Positions 18,055 to 25,672 of a stretch of 30,499 nt of DNA are shown here, piece after piece. The DNA is taken from assembly GCA_041497895.1 (NCBI GenBank), contig JBGQHJ010000046.1, positions 1-30,499 of the forward strand, given 5' to 3'. Each line of letters opens with the position of its first letter. Positions within the stretch are counted from its first letter, which is position 1. Both the position numbers and the translations under genes were made by a program. The notes beneath the pieces are model-generated. The model saw only the letters and a program-made list of their open reading frames with translations, was not told the DNA's origin and did no database searches. The DNA comes from Candidatus Methylomirabilia bacterium. GTDB taxonomy: Bacteria; Methylomirabilota; Methylomirabilia; Rokubacteriales; CSP1-6.

Positions 18055-18746
18055 CCGGTCGCATCGCCATCGTCACCGGCGGCACCGGGGCGCTCGGCCA
18101 GGCGATCACCACGAGCCTGCTCGAGGCCGGCGCGGCGGTCGCGATCCCCTACGCGGTCCCCGAGGAGCGCACCGCGCTGGAGGGGCGTCTCGCCCCCGAG
18201 CTCCGCGCGCGCCTCCTGCCGGTGGCGGCCGACGTCACCGACGAGGGCGCGATGACCAAGTTCGTCGCGGCGGTGCGCGAGCGGCACGGCCGGGTCGACG
18301 GCCTGGTCAACGCGGTGGGAGGCTTCGCGGGCGGCGATCTGGTGTCGACCCCGCTCGGGGAGTGGGAGCGCATGATGAAGCTCAACCTCACCTCCGCGGT
18401 GATCGCCTGCCGGGCCGTGCTACCCGGCATGATCGCGGGGGGCGGTGGACGCATCGTCAACATCGCCTCGCGCGCGGTGCTGCCGCCCCAGGGAGGCTTC
18501 ATCGCCTACACCGTCTCCAAGGCGGCGGTCATCACGCTCACCCAGGCCCTGGCCCAGGAGGTGAGGGCCCACCGCATCACGGTCAACGCGGTCCTGCCGA
18601 GCACGATGGACACGCCGGCCAACCGCCGCGCGATGCCCGACGCGGACCGCTCGGGCTGGGTCACCACCACCGACGTGGCGAGCGTGGTGGCCTTCCTGCT
18701 GTCCGACCGCGCAGCCGCCGTCACCGGCGCCAGCCTCACGGTCTGA
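18051..18746 (+). CDS. SDR oxidoreductase, dihydropteridine reductase (QDPR)-like
   Basis: ATGA overlap. TGGTGALG, NAVGGFAGG, YTVSK catalytic YxxxK, AVLPSTMDTPANRRAMPDADRSGW. Confidence 0.85.
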   Translation: MTGRIAIVTGGTGALGQAITTSLLEAGAAVAIPYAVPEERTALEGRLAPELRARLLPVAADVTDEGAMTKFVAAVRERHGRVDGLVNAVGGFAGGDLVSTPLGEWERMMKLNLTSAVIACRAVLPGMIAGGGGRIVNIASRAVLPPQGGFIAYTVSKAAVITLTQALAQEVRAHRITVNAVLPSTMDTPANRRAMPDADRSGWVTTTDVASVVAFLLSDRAAAVTGASLTV

Positions 18747-18757
18747 GCGGGGTCGGG

Positions 18758-20158
18758 ATGGAGCGCTTCGACCTCGTGGTGATCGGGGCCGGCGCCGCCG
18801 GCATCACGGCGGCCAAGACCGCGGCCGACCTGGGCGCCCGGGTGGCCCTCGCCGACCGCGGCCCGCTGGGCGGGCTCTGCGTCAACCGCGGCTGCATCCC
18901 CAAGAAGGCGCTGGTCACGGCCGGGCGCGTGCACCGGGGGGTCCGCGAGGCGGCCGCCCTCGGCACCGTGGCCGGCAGCGTGCGGCTCGACTGGGACACG
19001 GTGCAGCGGCGACAGCGGGAGGTGGTCGAGACCCTCCGGCCCGACGCGGCCGATCTCGAGAAGCACGGCATCCGGGTCGCGATCGGGACCGCCCGGTTCA
19101 GCGACCCCCACATCGTGGAGGTGGACGGCACGCCGCTCGGCGCGGAGCGCTTCGTCATCGCGGCCGGCTCGGAGCCGGTGATCCCCGAGGTGCCCGGCCG
19201 CGAGCGGCTCGTCACCTCGGACCAGCTCCTCTTCCTGCCCTCGTTCCCGGCCTCGCTCACCTTCATCGGGGGCGGACCGGTGGCGGTCGAGCTGGCGGGT
19301 GCCTACGCGGACCTGGGCTCGCGCGTCACCGTGCTGGCCCGCGACGCCGAGATCCTGCCCGCGGTCGACCCCGACGTGGCGCGGATGCTGCGCAAGCGGA
19401 TGGAGGCGCGCGGCGTCACCTTCCGGCTGCAGACCACCGTGACCCATCTCGCCGAGGATCCGGCCGGGGTGCGCATCGAGTTCGACAGCGCGGGCATGGC
19501 CAACCGGATGGTGAGCAGCCAGGTGTGCGCGGCGGTGGGCCGCCGCTTCCACCCGCGGACCATCGGGGCGGCGCGCATCGGGCTCGAGATGGGAAGGCTC
19601 GGGCTGCGCACGACGCCCTACCTGGCCTCCTCGGTGCCCCACATCTACGCGGCGGGCGACGCGGCCGGCAACCGCCAGCTCACTCCGGTGGCCGCCCACG
19701 AGGGGCGGATCGCCGCGATCAACGCCCTGCGGGGCGACGTGGAGCGCGCCGACGAGGCGGTGATCCCGCAGGTGCTCTTCACCACGCCGGAGGTGGGCGT
19801 GGTCGGCCTCTCGTACGCCGAGGCGCCCGCCCACGGCATCCAGGCCGCGGTGGCCCGCCACGACGCGCGGGGCAGCAGCAACAGCGTCGCCACCGGGGAG
19901 GACGCGGACTACTTCAAGCTGATCTTCGACCAGGACACGCAGCGCCTCATCGGTGCCCAGATCGTCTCCCCGGCCGCCGCCGAGCTGATCCAGCTCTGCG
20001 CCCTCGCCATCCGCTCCCGCGTGCCCGCCGGGCTCATCGCAGGCCAGCTCTCGGTGCACCCGAGCCACGGCGAGCGGCTCCTGCGGGCCTTCGGGCCCGG
20101 GCCGCACGGAACCCTCCGATCCCCCGAGGGCGCGGGCGTAGTAGAATCTCGCCCGTGA
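18758..20158 (+). CDS. Class I pyridine nucleotide-disulfide oxidoreductase (glutathione/mercuric reductase/LpdA family)
   Basis: GAGAAG FAD motif, redox-active GGLCVNRGCIPKK, GGGPVAVE, IYAAGD, FTTPE, C-terminal HPSHGE. Confidence 0.9.
   Translation: MERFDLVVIGAGAAGITAAKTAADLGARVALADRGPLGGLCVNRGCIPKKALVTAGRVHRGVREAAALGTVAGSVRLDWDTVQRRQREVVETLRPDAADLEKHGIRVAIGTARFSDPHIVEVDGTPLGAERFVIAAGSEPVIPEVPGRERLVTSDQLLFLPSFPASLTFIGGGPVAVELAGAYADLGSRVTVLARDAEILPAVDPDVARMLRKRMEARGVTFRLQTTVTHLAEDPAGVRIEFDSAGMANRMVSSQVCAAVGRRFHPRTIGAARIGLEMGRLGLRTTPYLASSVPHIYAAGDAAGNRQLTPVAAHEGRIAAINALRGDVERADEAVIPQVLFTTPEVGVVGLSYAEAPAHGIQAAVARHDARGSSNSVATGEDADYFKLIFDQDTQRLIGAQIVSPAAAELIQLCALAIRSRVPAGLIAGQLSVHPSHGERLLRAFGPGPHGTLRSPEGAGVVESRP
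20142..20147 (+). promoter_or_regulatory. Internal -10 box, possible leaderless start of the M16 pair
   Basis: TAGAAT 7 nt before GTG 20155, inside the 3' tail of the upstream CDS. Confidence 0.45.
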
Positions 20159-21507
20159 TTCGCCTCTCCCTCCGGCGCGCGGCCCTCTGGCTGGCGGCCG
20201 CCGCCCTCATCGCCGGCTGTGCGGGATCGAGCGCTCGCTCCGGCCGGGCCGCCGCCGAGGCGGAGCTGCCCGCGCCGGTCCGCTCGGTGCTGCGCAACGG
20301 CATGCGGTTGATCGTGCAGGACCACCGCGCCGCCGACATCGTGGCGATCTACCTGTTCGTCGGCGTCGGCACCCGCCACGAGACGGCGGACCAGCTCGGC
20401 TACGCCCACTTCCAGGAGCACATGCTCTTCAAGGGCACCGACAGGTTCGGCCCGGGCCACGTGGACCGCGTGGTGGAGGGCGTGGGCGGGCGGTCCAACG
20501 CGGTGACGTCCTTCGACTACACGACCTTCTACCTGATCCTGCCCACCGAGGCCACCGCGACCGGCGTGCAGCTCCTGGCCGATATGGCCTTCCGGTCCAC
20601 GTTCGCCCCGGACGAGATCGCCCGCGAGCGCGAGGTGATCTTCGAGGAGGCGCGCATCGAGCAGGACAACCCGAAGACCGCGATCGTGCGACAGCTCTAC
20701 GGCATGGTCTTCGCCGGCCACCCCTACGGTCGCCCGGTGCTCGGCACCCGCGAGACCATGATGGCGGCCACCCAGGAGCGGCTGCGCGCGTTCAACCGCC
20801 GGTACTACACCCCGGAGAACATGACGCTGGTGGTGGCGGGGCCGGTGGAGGCGAGCGCGGTGCGCACCATGGTGGACCGCTCGTTCGGGCAGATGGGCAC
20901 GACCGGCTATCGGCCCACACCGCTGTCGCCGCCCCGCCCGCTCGGTGGCACGGCCCGGCGGACGACGGAGCGGCCCGAGCAGCAGGCCCACCTGGCGCTG
21001 GGCTGGCAAGCCCCGCGCTCGGACGATCCCAACGGCGACGCGCTGGACCTGGTCACCACCATCCTGGCCGGCACCGAGAGCTCGCGGCTGGCCCGGCGGC
21101 TGCGCGACGAGGAGCGGCTGGTCTCGAGCGTGACCATGAGCTACGCGGCGCTGGTGGGAGGGGGCATCGCGAGCCTGCGCGCGGATCTCGAGGCCAAGGA
21201 CCTCGAGCGCGTGGAGAAGATCGTGCTGGAGGAGATCGCGAAGCTCCAGGAGAGCGGGCCCACCGAGGAGGAGCGGCGGCTGGCCGTGACCAAGTTCGAG
21301 TCGCAGCACGCCTTCGACACCGAGACCTCCGAGGGCCTGGCCTACGCCTACGGCCTGGCCGAGACCACCTGGACCCTGGAGGCCGAGCTGCGCTACGTGG
21401 AGCGCCTCCGCCGTATCACCCGCGAGCAGATCCGGGACGCGGCGCGACGCTACCTGTCGCGTACCGACTACGCGCGGCTCGCCTTCATGCCGAAGCCTTC
21501 CCGATGA
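20155..21507 (+). CDS. M16B zinc peptidase, catalytic subunit, lipoprotein
   Basis: Lipobox LIAGC, LRNGMRL, GYAHFQEHMLFKGT (HxxEH), NAVTSFDYT, EREVIFEE, HPYGRPVLG. Confidence 0.9.
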   Translation: MIRLSLRRAALWLAAAALIAGCAGSSARSGRAAAEAELPAPVRSVLRNGMRLIVQDHRAADIVAIYLFVGVGTRHETADQLGYAHFQEHMLFKGTDRFGPGHVDRVVEGVGGRSNAVTSFDYTTFYLILPTEATATGVQLLADMAFRSTFAPDEIAREREVIFEEARIEQDNPKTAIVRQLYGMVFAGHPYGRPVLGTRETMMAATQERLRAFNRRYYTPENMTLVVAGPVEASAVRTMVDRSFGQMGTTGYRPTPLSPPRPLGGTARRTTERPEQQAHLALGWQAPRSDDPNGDALDLVTTILAGTESSRLARRLRDEERLVSSVTMSYAALVGGGIASLRADLEAKDLERVEKIVLEEIAKLQESGPTEEERRLAVTKFESQHAFDTETSEGLAYAYGLAETTWTLEAELRYVERLRRITREQIRDAARRYLSRTDYARLAFMPKPSR

Positions 21508-22805
21508 GACGGCTGCGGCCGGTCGTCGTCGCGCTCCTGGTGGCCCTCGTCGTCACCCCCGCCTGGGCCCAGGCCCCGTCGGTCACCCGCACCCGGCTCG
21601 CCAACGGCCTCACCGTGCTGGTGCGCGAGAACCCCACCGCGCCGGTGGTGGCGATCTCGCTGATGGTCAAGATGGGCACGCGCTGGGAGACGCCCGAGAA
21701 CGCGGGCATCTCGAACCTGGTGCAGCTCATGGTGGTGCGCGGCACGCCCACGCGCAGCGGCACCCAGATCGTGGAGCAGGCCGACGCCATGGGCGGCAGC
21801 ATCGAGGCCACCGGCGACGTGGACGCCTCCGAGATCGCGGCGACCGCCCTCGCACGCCACTGGGTGGAGATGCTCGACCTGGTCGCCGACGTCTCGCTCC
21901 ACCCCACGATGCCGGAGAGCATCGTTCAGGCGGTGCGGGACTTCCTCGTCCGCCAGCTCCGCAACCGGGGCGACAAGCCGTACGACGTGGCCTTCGACAC
22001 CCTGACCGCCCGGCTCTTCGGCCGTCATCCCTATGCCTGGGATCCCATCGGCATCAAGGAGAGCCTCGAGCGGCTCGACCGCCCCGCGCTCCTCGCTCAC
22101 TACGGCCGCCACTACGTGCCCGGCGGCATGGTCCTGGCGGTCAGCGGGCGCGTGAAGGCCGCCGAGGTGGCCACGCAGGCCGGGCGGCTCTTCGGGGCGA
22201 TGCCCGCGGGCCCGGTGCCGGTGGCGACGCCTCCCGCCCCTCCCGCGCCGGCTCCGTGGCGCGAGACCCGGGTGGTGCCGGGCGCGCAAGCCCAGATCCT
22301 GATGGGCTCTCTCGCGCCCGCCCTCACCGATCCCGACTTTCCGGCGGTCAAGGTCCTGAGCACGGTGCTGGGCGGCGGCATGGCCGGCCGCTTCTTCTCG
22401 GAGCTGCGCGACAAGCAGGGCCTGGCCTATACCACCGGCACGCAGTATGCGGCGCGGGTGGACCGGAGCTTCTTCCTCGCCCAGCTCGGCACCGCGCCCG
22501 AGAACGTGGCCCGCGCGGAGCCCGCGCTCCGGGAGCAGCTCGAGCGCGTGCAGCGCGAGCGGGTCGGCGACGAGGAGCTGCGGGTCGCCAAGGCCTACGT
22601 GCTGGGTAACCTCGCGATGGATCGGCGGACGAACGCGCGCCAGGCCTGGTATCTGGCCGCGTACGAGGAGGCGGGGGTGGGCTACGAGTTCCTGGACCGG
22701 TACGTGACGGCGGTCCGCGCGGTCACCGCGGCCGACGTCCAGCGGGTGGCGCAGCGCTACCTGGCCGTCATCCGCACCATCATGGTCCAGCCCACTCCGC
22801 CCTGA
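21504..22805 (+). CDS. M16B peptidase, non-catalytic subunit
   Basis: Signal peptide AWA-Q, LANGLTV, HxxEH replaced by NLVQL, LGGGMAGRFFSELRDKQGLAY. Confidence 0.88.
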   Translation: MRRLRPVVVALLVALVVTPAWAQAPSVTRTRLANGLTVLVRENPTAPVVAISLMVKMGTRWETPENAGISNLVQLMVVRGTPTRSGTQIVEQADAMGGSIEATGDVDASEIAATALARHWVEMLDLVADVSLHPTMPESIVQAVRDFLVRQLRNRGDKPYDVAFDTLTARLFGRHPYAWDPIGIKESLERLDRPALLAHYGRHYVPGGMVLAVSGRVKAAEVATQAGRLFGAMPAGPVPVATPPAPPAPAPWRETRVVPGAQAQILMGSLAPALTDPDFPAVKVLSTVLGGGMAGRFFSELRDKQGLAYTTGTQYAARVDRSFFLAQLGTAPENVARAEPALREQLERVQRERVGDEELRVAKAYVLGNLAMDRRTNARQAWYLAAYEEAGVGYEFLDRYVTAVRAVTAADVQRVAQRYLAVIRTIMVQPTPP

Positions 22806-22809
22806 CGGC

Positions 22810-23397
22810 TCAGCGCTGGCGGTTCAGCTCGATCGTGACCGGCGAGTGCAGGTAGAGGAAGGTCCCGACCAGCCGCTCGCCTTCCACCTTGAACGTGGCC
22901 GCGAACGGCCGGGTGCGCTGGGCGCTGTTCACCCACATCTCGTTCTCCGAGACCGTCACCTCGATGGGCACACCGAACGAGGAGTTCTCACGCAGCGAGA
23001 CCGGGATCCCCTCGGCGACCTGCGAGTCCTGGAGCACCAGGACGCCCTCGCCGCTGGCCCCCCTCTGGGTGATCGAGGCCTGGGCCACGCCGTACCGGTT
23101 GCTCCGCAGCAGGCCGTAGCCGGTCCAGGTGCCGGTCCAGTGACCGGCCACGTCGGCCGGCTGGACGTCGGAGGGGATGTTGCGCCCCCACCAGCCCTCA
23201 CCCTTGGCCTGGGCCATCAGCTCCGGCGTGATCCGGGGCGCGCCGGCGACCGCGTTGGTCACCGAGAAACCCAGGTGATTGTCGGTGGCGAAATGCGTCG
23301 GGTGTGCCCGCCATGTCGTCCACTCGCGCTGGGTCGCGCAGCCGGTCGACACGAGCACGAGGGCCATCACCATCGGCAGCCAGTTGCGGTCTCGCAT
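22810..23397 (-). CDS. Hypothetical lipoprotein
   Basis: 195 aa. Lipobox VSTGC, WRAHPTHFATDNHLGFS, DVAGHWTGTW. GGAGG RBS. Confidence 0.75.
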   Translation of the reverse strand: MRDRNWLPMVMALVLVSTGCATQREWTTWRAHPTHFATDNHLGFSVTNAVAGAPRITPELMAQAKGEGWWGRNIPSDVQPADVAGHWTGTWTGYGLLRSNRYGVAQASITQRGASGEGVLVLQDSQVAEGIPVSLRENSSFGVPIEVTVSENEMWVNSAQRTRPFAATFKVEGERLVGTFLYLHSPVTIELNRQR

Positions 23398-23479
23398 GTG
23401 GTTTCCCTCCGCGGTAGCAAAATGCGCGTGGAATCACAGTCTTGCACACCGGGGATTTATCACCCAGCGAAATCGACGA

Positions 23480-24202
23480 TCAGGTCTCCGACGGCTCCCG
23501 GATGGCGTCCAGGAGCTCGGGGAAGGCCCGGATGATGCGGTGGGGAGCCGCGTCGGCGGTCTTGGGGAGGCCCTGCCCGGGGCCGTCCACCCAGACCCCC
23601 CGCAACCCCAGGCGCTGGGGGGCGACCACGTCCCACTCGAGGTTGTCTCCCACCATCCACGCCTCCTCCGCCTTCACCTGGAGCTTGGACAGCGCGTAGC
23701 GATAGACGATCTCCTCGGGCTTGCCGACCCCCATCTCACCCTCGATCACCAGGACGTCGAAAAACCGTTCAAGGTCGTGCTGGGCGATCTTGCGCCGCTG
23801 GTGGCTGGCGTCGCCGTTGGTGACCAGGGCCAGGGGGACACCCCGGGTGCGGAGGGTTTCGAGCGCGGCGGTGACCCCCGGGAACAGCGCCATGCGCTCC
23901 CAGCGCCGCTCCGCGAAATCGGCCGCGATCGCGGAGGCCAGCGTCTCGTCGGCGCGGCCCACGCGGCCCAGGGCGTGCGCGGTGATCCGGGTCCAGGCGC
24001 GCAGCATGTCGGCGCGCTCGGTCCGGTGCCGGCCCGGGTCGCTCCAGAACCACCGGCGGGTCTCCACGATCGCCCGCACGAGCCCGGCCGGATCGATGCC
24101 GACCGGGCCCGCGTGGGCCTCGCAGGCATGGTGCCAGCACTCGTCCACCCCACCGGTGTAGTCGAGCAGGGTGTCGTCGAGGTCGACCAGCAGGGCCTTC
24201 AT
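23480..24202 (-). CDS. HAD-superfamily hydrolase (YjjG/YigB-like)
   Basis: VDLDDTLLD, LVTNG, GKPEE, WMVGDNLEWDV. Confidence 0.9.
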   Translation of the reverse strand: MKALLVDLDDTLLDYTGGVDECWHHACEAHAGPVGIDPAGLVRAIVETRRWFWSDPGRHRTERADMLRAWTRITAHALGRVGRADETLASAIAADFAERRWERMALFPGVTAALETLRTRGVPLALVTNGDASHQRRKIAQHDLERFFDVLVIEGEMGVGKPEEIVYRYALSKLQVKAEEAWMVGDNLEWDVVAPQRLGLRGVWVDGPGQGLPKTADAAPHRIIRAFPELLDAIREPSET

Positions 24203-24209
24203 CGCCCTC

Positions 24210-24250
24210 CCCTCACCCTGCCCTCTCCCCTTCCAGGGGAGAGGGAGAGG
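24210..24250. repeat. CCCTCACCC..CCCTCTCCC...GGGAGAGGG palindromic repeat unit
   Basis: 10-bp stem CCCTCTCCCC (24221-24230) / GGGGAGAGGG (24236-24245) preceded by CCCTCACCC. It overlaps the nuclease stop codon. Confidence 0.7.
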
Positions 24251-25166
24251 CGAAGGGGGCGAGCTCGGGGCGGCACACCGACCGGAAATTGCACCAGCGG
24301 CAGATGCGCAGCTCCTCGGTCTTCTCGAAGCCCGACTCCTCGGCGAGGTTGCGCTCCGGGTCCTTCAGATAGGCCTTCATCGAGCGCACCGAGAGACGGA
24401 TGTGCTCGCGCACGCGGTCGAGGCTCACCTCGTCCCACGGGTGGCTGGTCACCTTGCCCTCCCGCAGGTTGACCTCGAGCAGGTCGACGCGCGAGAGCTC
24501 GACGCCCAGCACCTCGAGCGCGTAGAGGGCGTAGCCGCCGAGCTGCAGCCCCGCGCCCTCCCCGCCCCCGCCCGTCTTCCAGTCGAGCAGCTGGAGCCGA
24601 TCGTCCGGGCTCCAGTAGCCGAAGTCGGGCGCGGTGAAGACCCGCGTGCCCTCGAAGGGGAACGAGCCGATGTCCTCGATGAAGACCCACCGCTCGGTGG
24701 GGGTGCGCTTGATCTCGGCCAGCACCGGCAGCCGGTGGAAGTTCCGCAGGCAGCGGACCAGGTGATCCCGCAGCGCCTGCCACTCGCTGTCCCGGATCGG
24801 CACACCGTACTCGTGCTCGAACAGCGACGGCCGCTTCGGGGTCTCCCGGTAGAGCCCGGCGCGCGAGCCCTTCCACTCGGCACGCATCTGGCGCACCGTG
24901 TCCTCGATCAGCGAGGCCTCACTCAGCCCGTGGCCGTCGCGCAGGGCCAGGAGCGTGCGCTCGACCGCCTCGTGCACGAGCCGGCCGATCCACATCTGGC
25001 GGGTGGCGAGCTTCTTCAGGATGTAGAGCCGACGGACCAGGGGGTCGGCGTCGGCGTCCCAGCCGCCCCAGGCGCCGTAGTACTGGTAATAGTAGCGACG
25101 GCGACACTCCTGGAAGGCGTTGTCGCGGGTGCGGGACCAGGAGAACTCGTTGACGAGATCGGCCAC
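24213..25166 (-). CDS. PD-(D/E)XK nuclease, RecB/AddB/Cas4-like with predicted Fe-S cluster
   Basis: 317 aa from GTG. FSWSR...ECRRRYYY, GRLVH, APD, LLDWKTG, QLGGYA, CRWCNFRSVC. Confidence 0.88.
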   Translation of the reverse strand: MADLVNEFSWSRTRDNAFQECRRRYYYQYYGAWGGWDADADPLVRRLYILKKLATRQMWIGRLVHEAVERTLLALRDGHGLSEASLIEDTVRQMRAEWKGSRAGLYRETPKRPSLFEHEYGVPIRDSEWQALRDHLVRCLRNFHRLPVLAEIKRTPTERWVFIEDIGSFPFEGTRVFTAPDFGYWSPDDRLQLLDWKTGGGGEGAGLQLGGYALYALEVLGVELSRVDLLEVNLREGKVTSHPWDEVSLDRVREHIRLSVRSMKAYLKDPERNLAEESGFEKTEELRICRWCNFRSVCRPELAPFASPSPLEGERAG

Positions 25167-25172
25167 GGCCCC

Positions 25173-25181
25173 AGCATAGCA
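25173..25181 (-). promoter_or_regulatory. Extended -10 promoter, leaderless nuclease gene
   Basis: TGcTATGCT 6 nt upstream of GTG 25166. Confidence 0.55.
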
Positions 25182-25329
25182 TCGCGGGCGGAAGACCCTG
25201 GTGCCGGGTCTGTTGCCCGGGCGCCCGGCGGCGCCGCCGGGAGGCCATCCCCATCGATCGCGCACTTGCGCGGCCCCCGGTCGTCGCACACATGGTGCCC
25301 GGAGTCCGCCAGACCTTCTCGTCGGGGAG

Positions 25330-25415
25330 ATGCTGGTCGAGCTGACGCAGCTGGCGGAGGAGCTCGGGGAGTTCGAGGCCTCAAGCAGGCGAAGAGCTTC
25401 GTCGCCGGGAAGTAG
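25330..25415 (+). pseudogene. Possible frameshifted gene 3' remnant
   Basis: Strong GC3-biased codons read MLVELTQLAEELGEFE, then after a 1-nt frameshift LKQAKSFVAGK-stop. Confidence 0.3.
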
Positions 25416-25672
25416 TCTCGACGCGATCGGCCAGGGAACCTCAACGGCCCCCGCGCAGTTTTCGAGCGTAAGGGCTTCCTGTGGCAGGATGCACCTTGTC
25501 GATCGGACGGGGGGCGTGTTAGCCTCTGCCGGCCTCGCGGAACGTGAATCCAAGTCGGAACGACGCGCGAGCTCGGATCAGCGGGCTCGCGCCCCAATCC
25601 AGGTCGCCAGCGTGAAAGCGCGGGCGAGAGTCCACCGGCAGCACACCTCACACAAGAAGGAGGGGTACCCCC

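Noticed and set aside
18758..20158. Mercuric reductase MerA
   Set aside because: Lacks the C-terminal Cys-Cys pair and the NmerA domain, and no mer genes are nearby.
24213..25166. CRISPR-Cas locus based on the Cas4-like nuclease
   Set aside because: No repeat-spacer array or other cas genes in the window.
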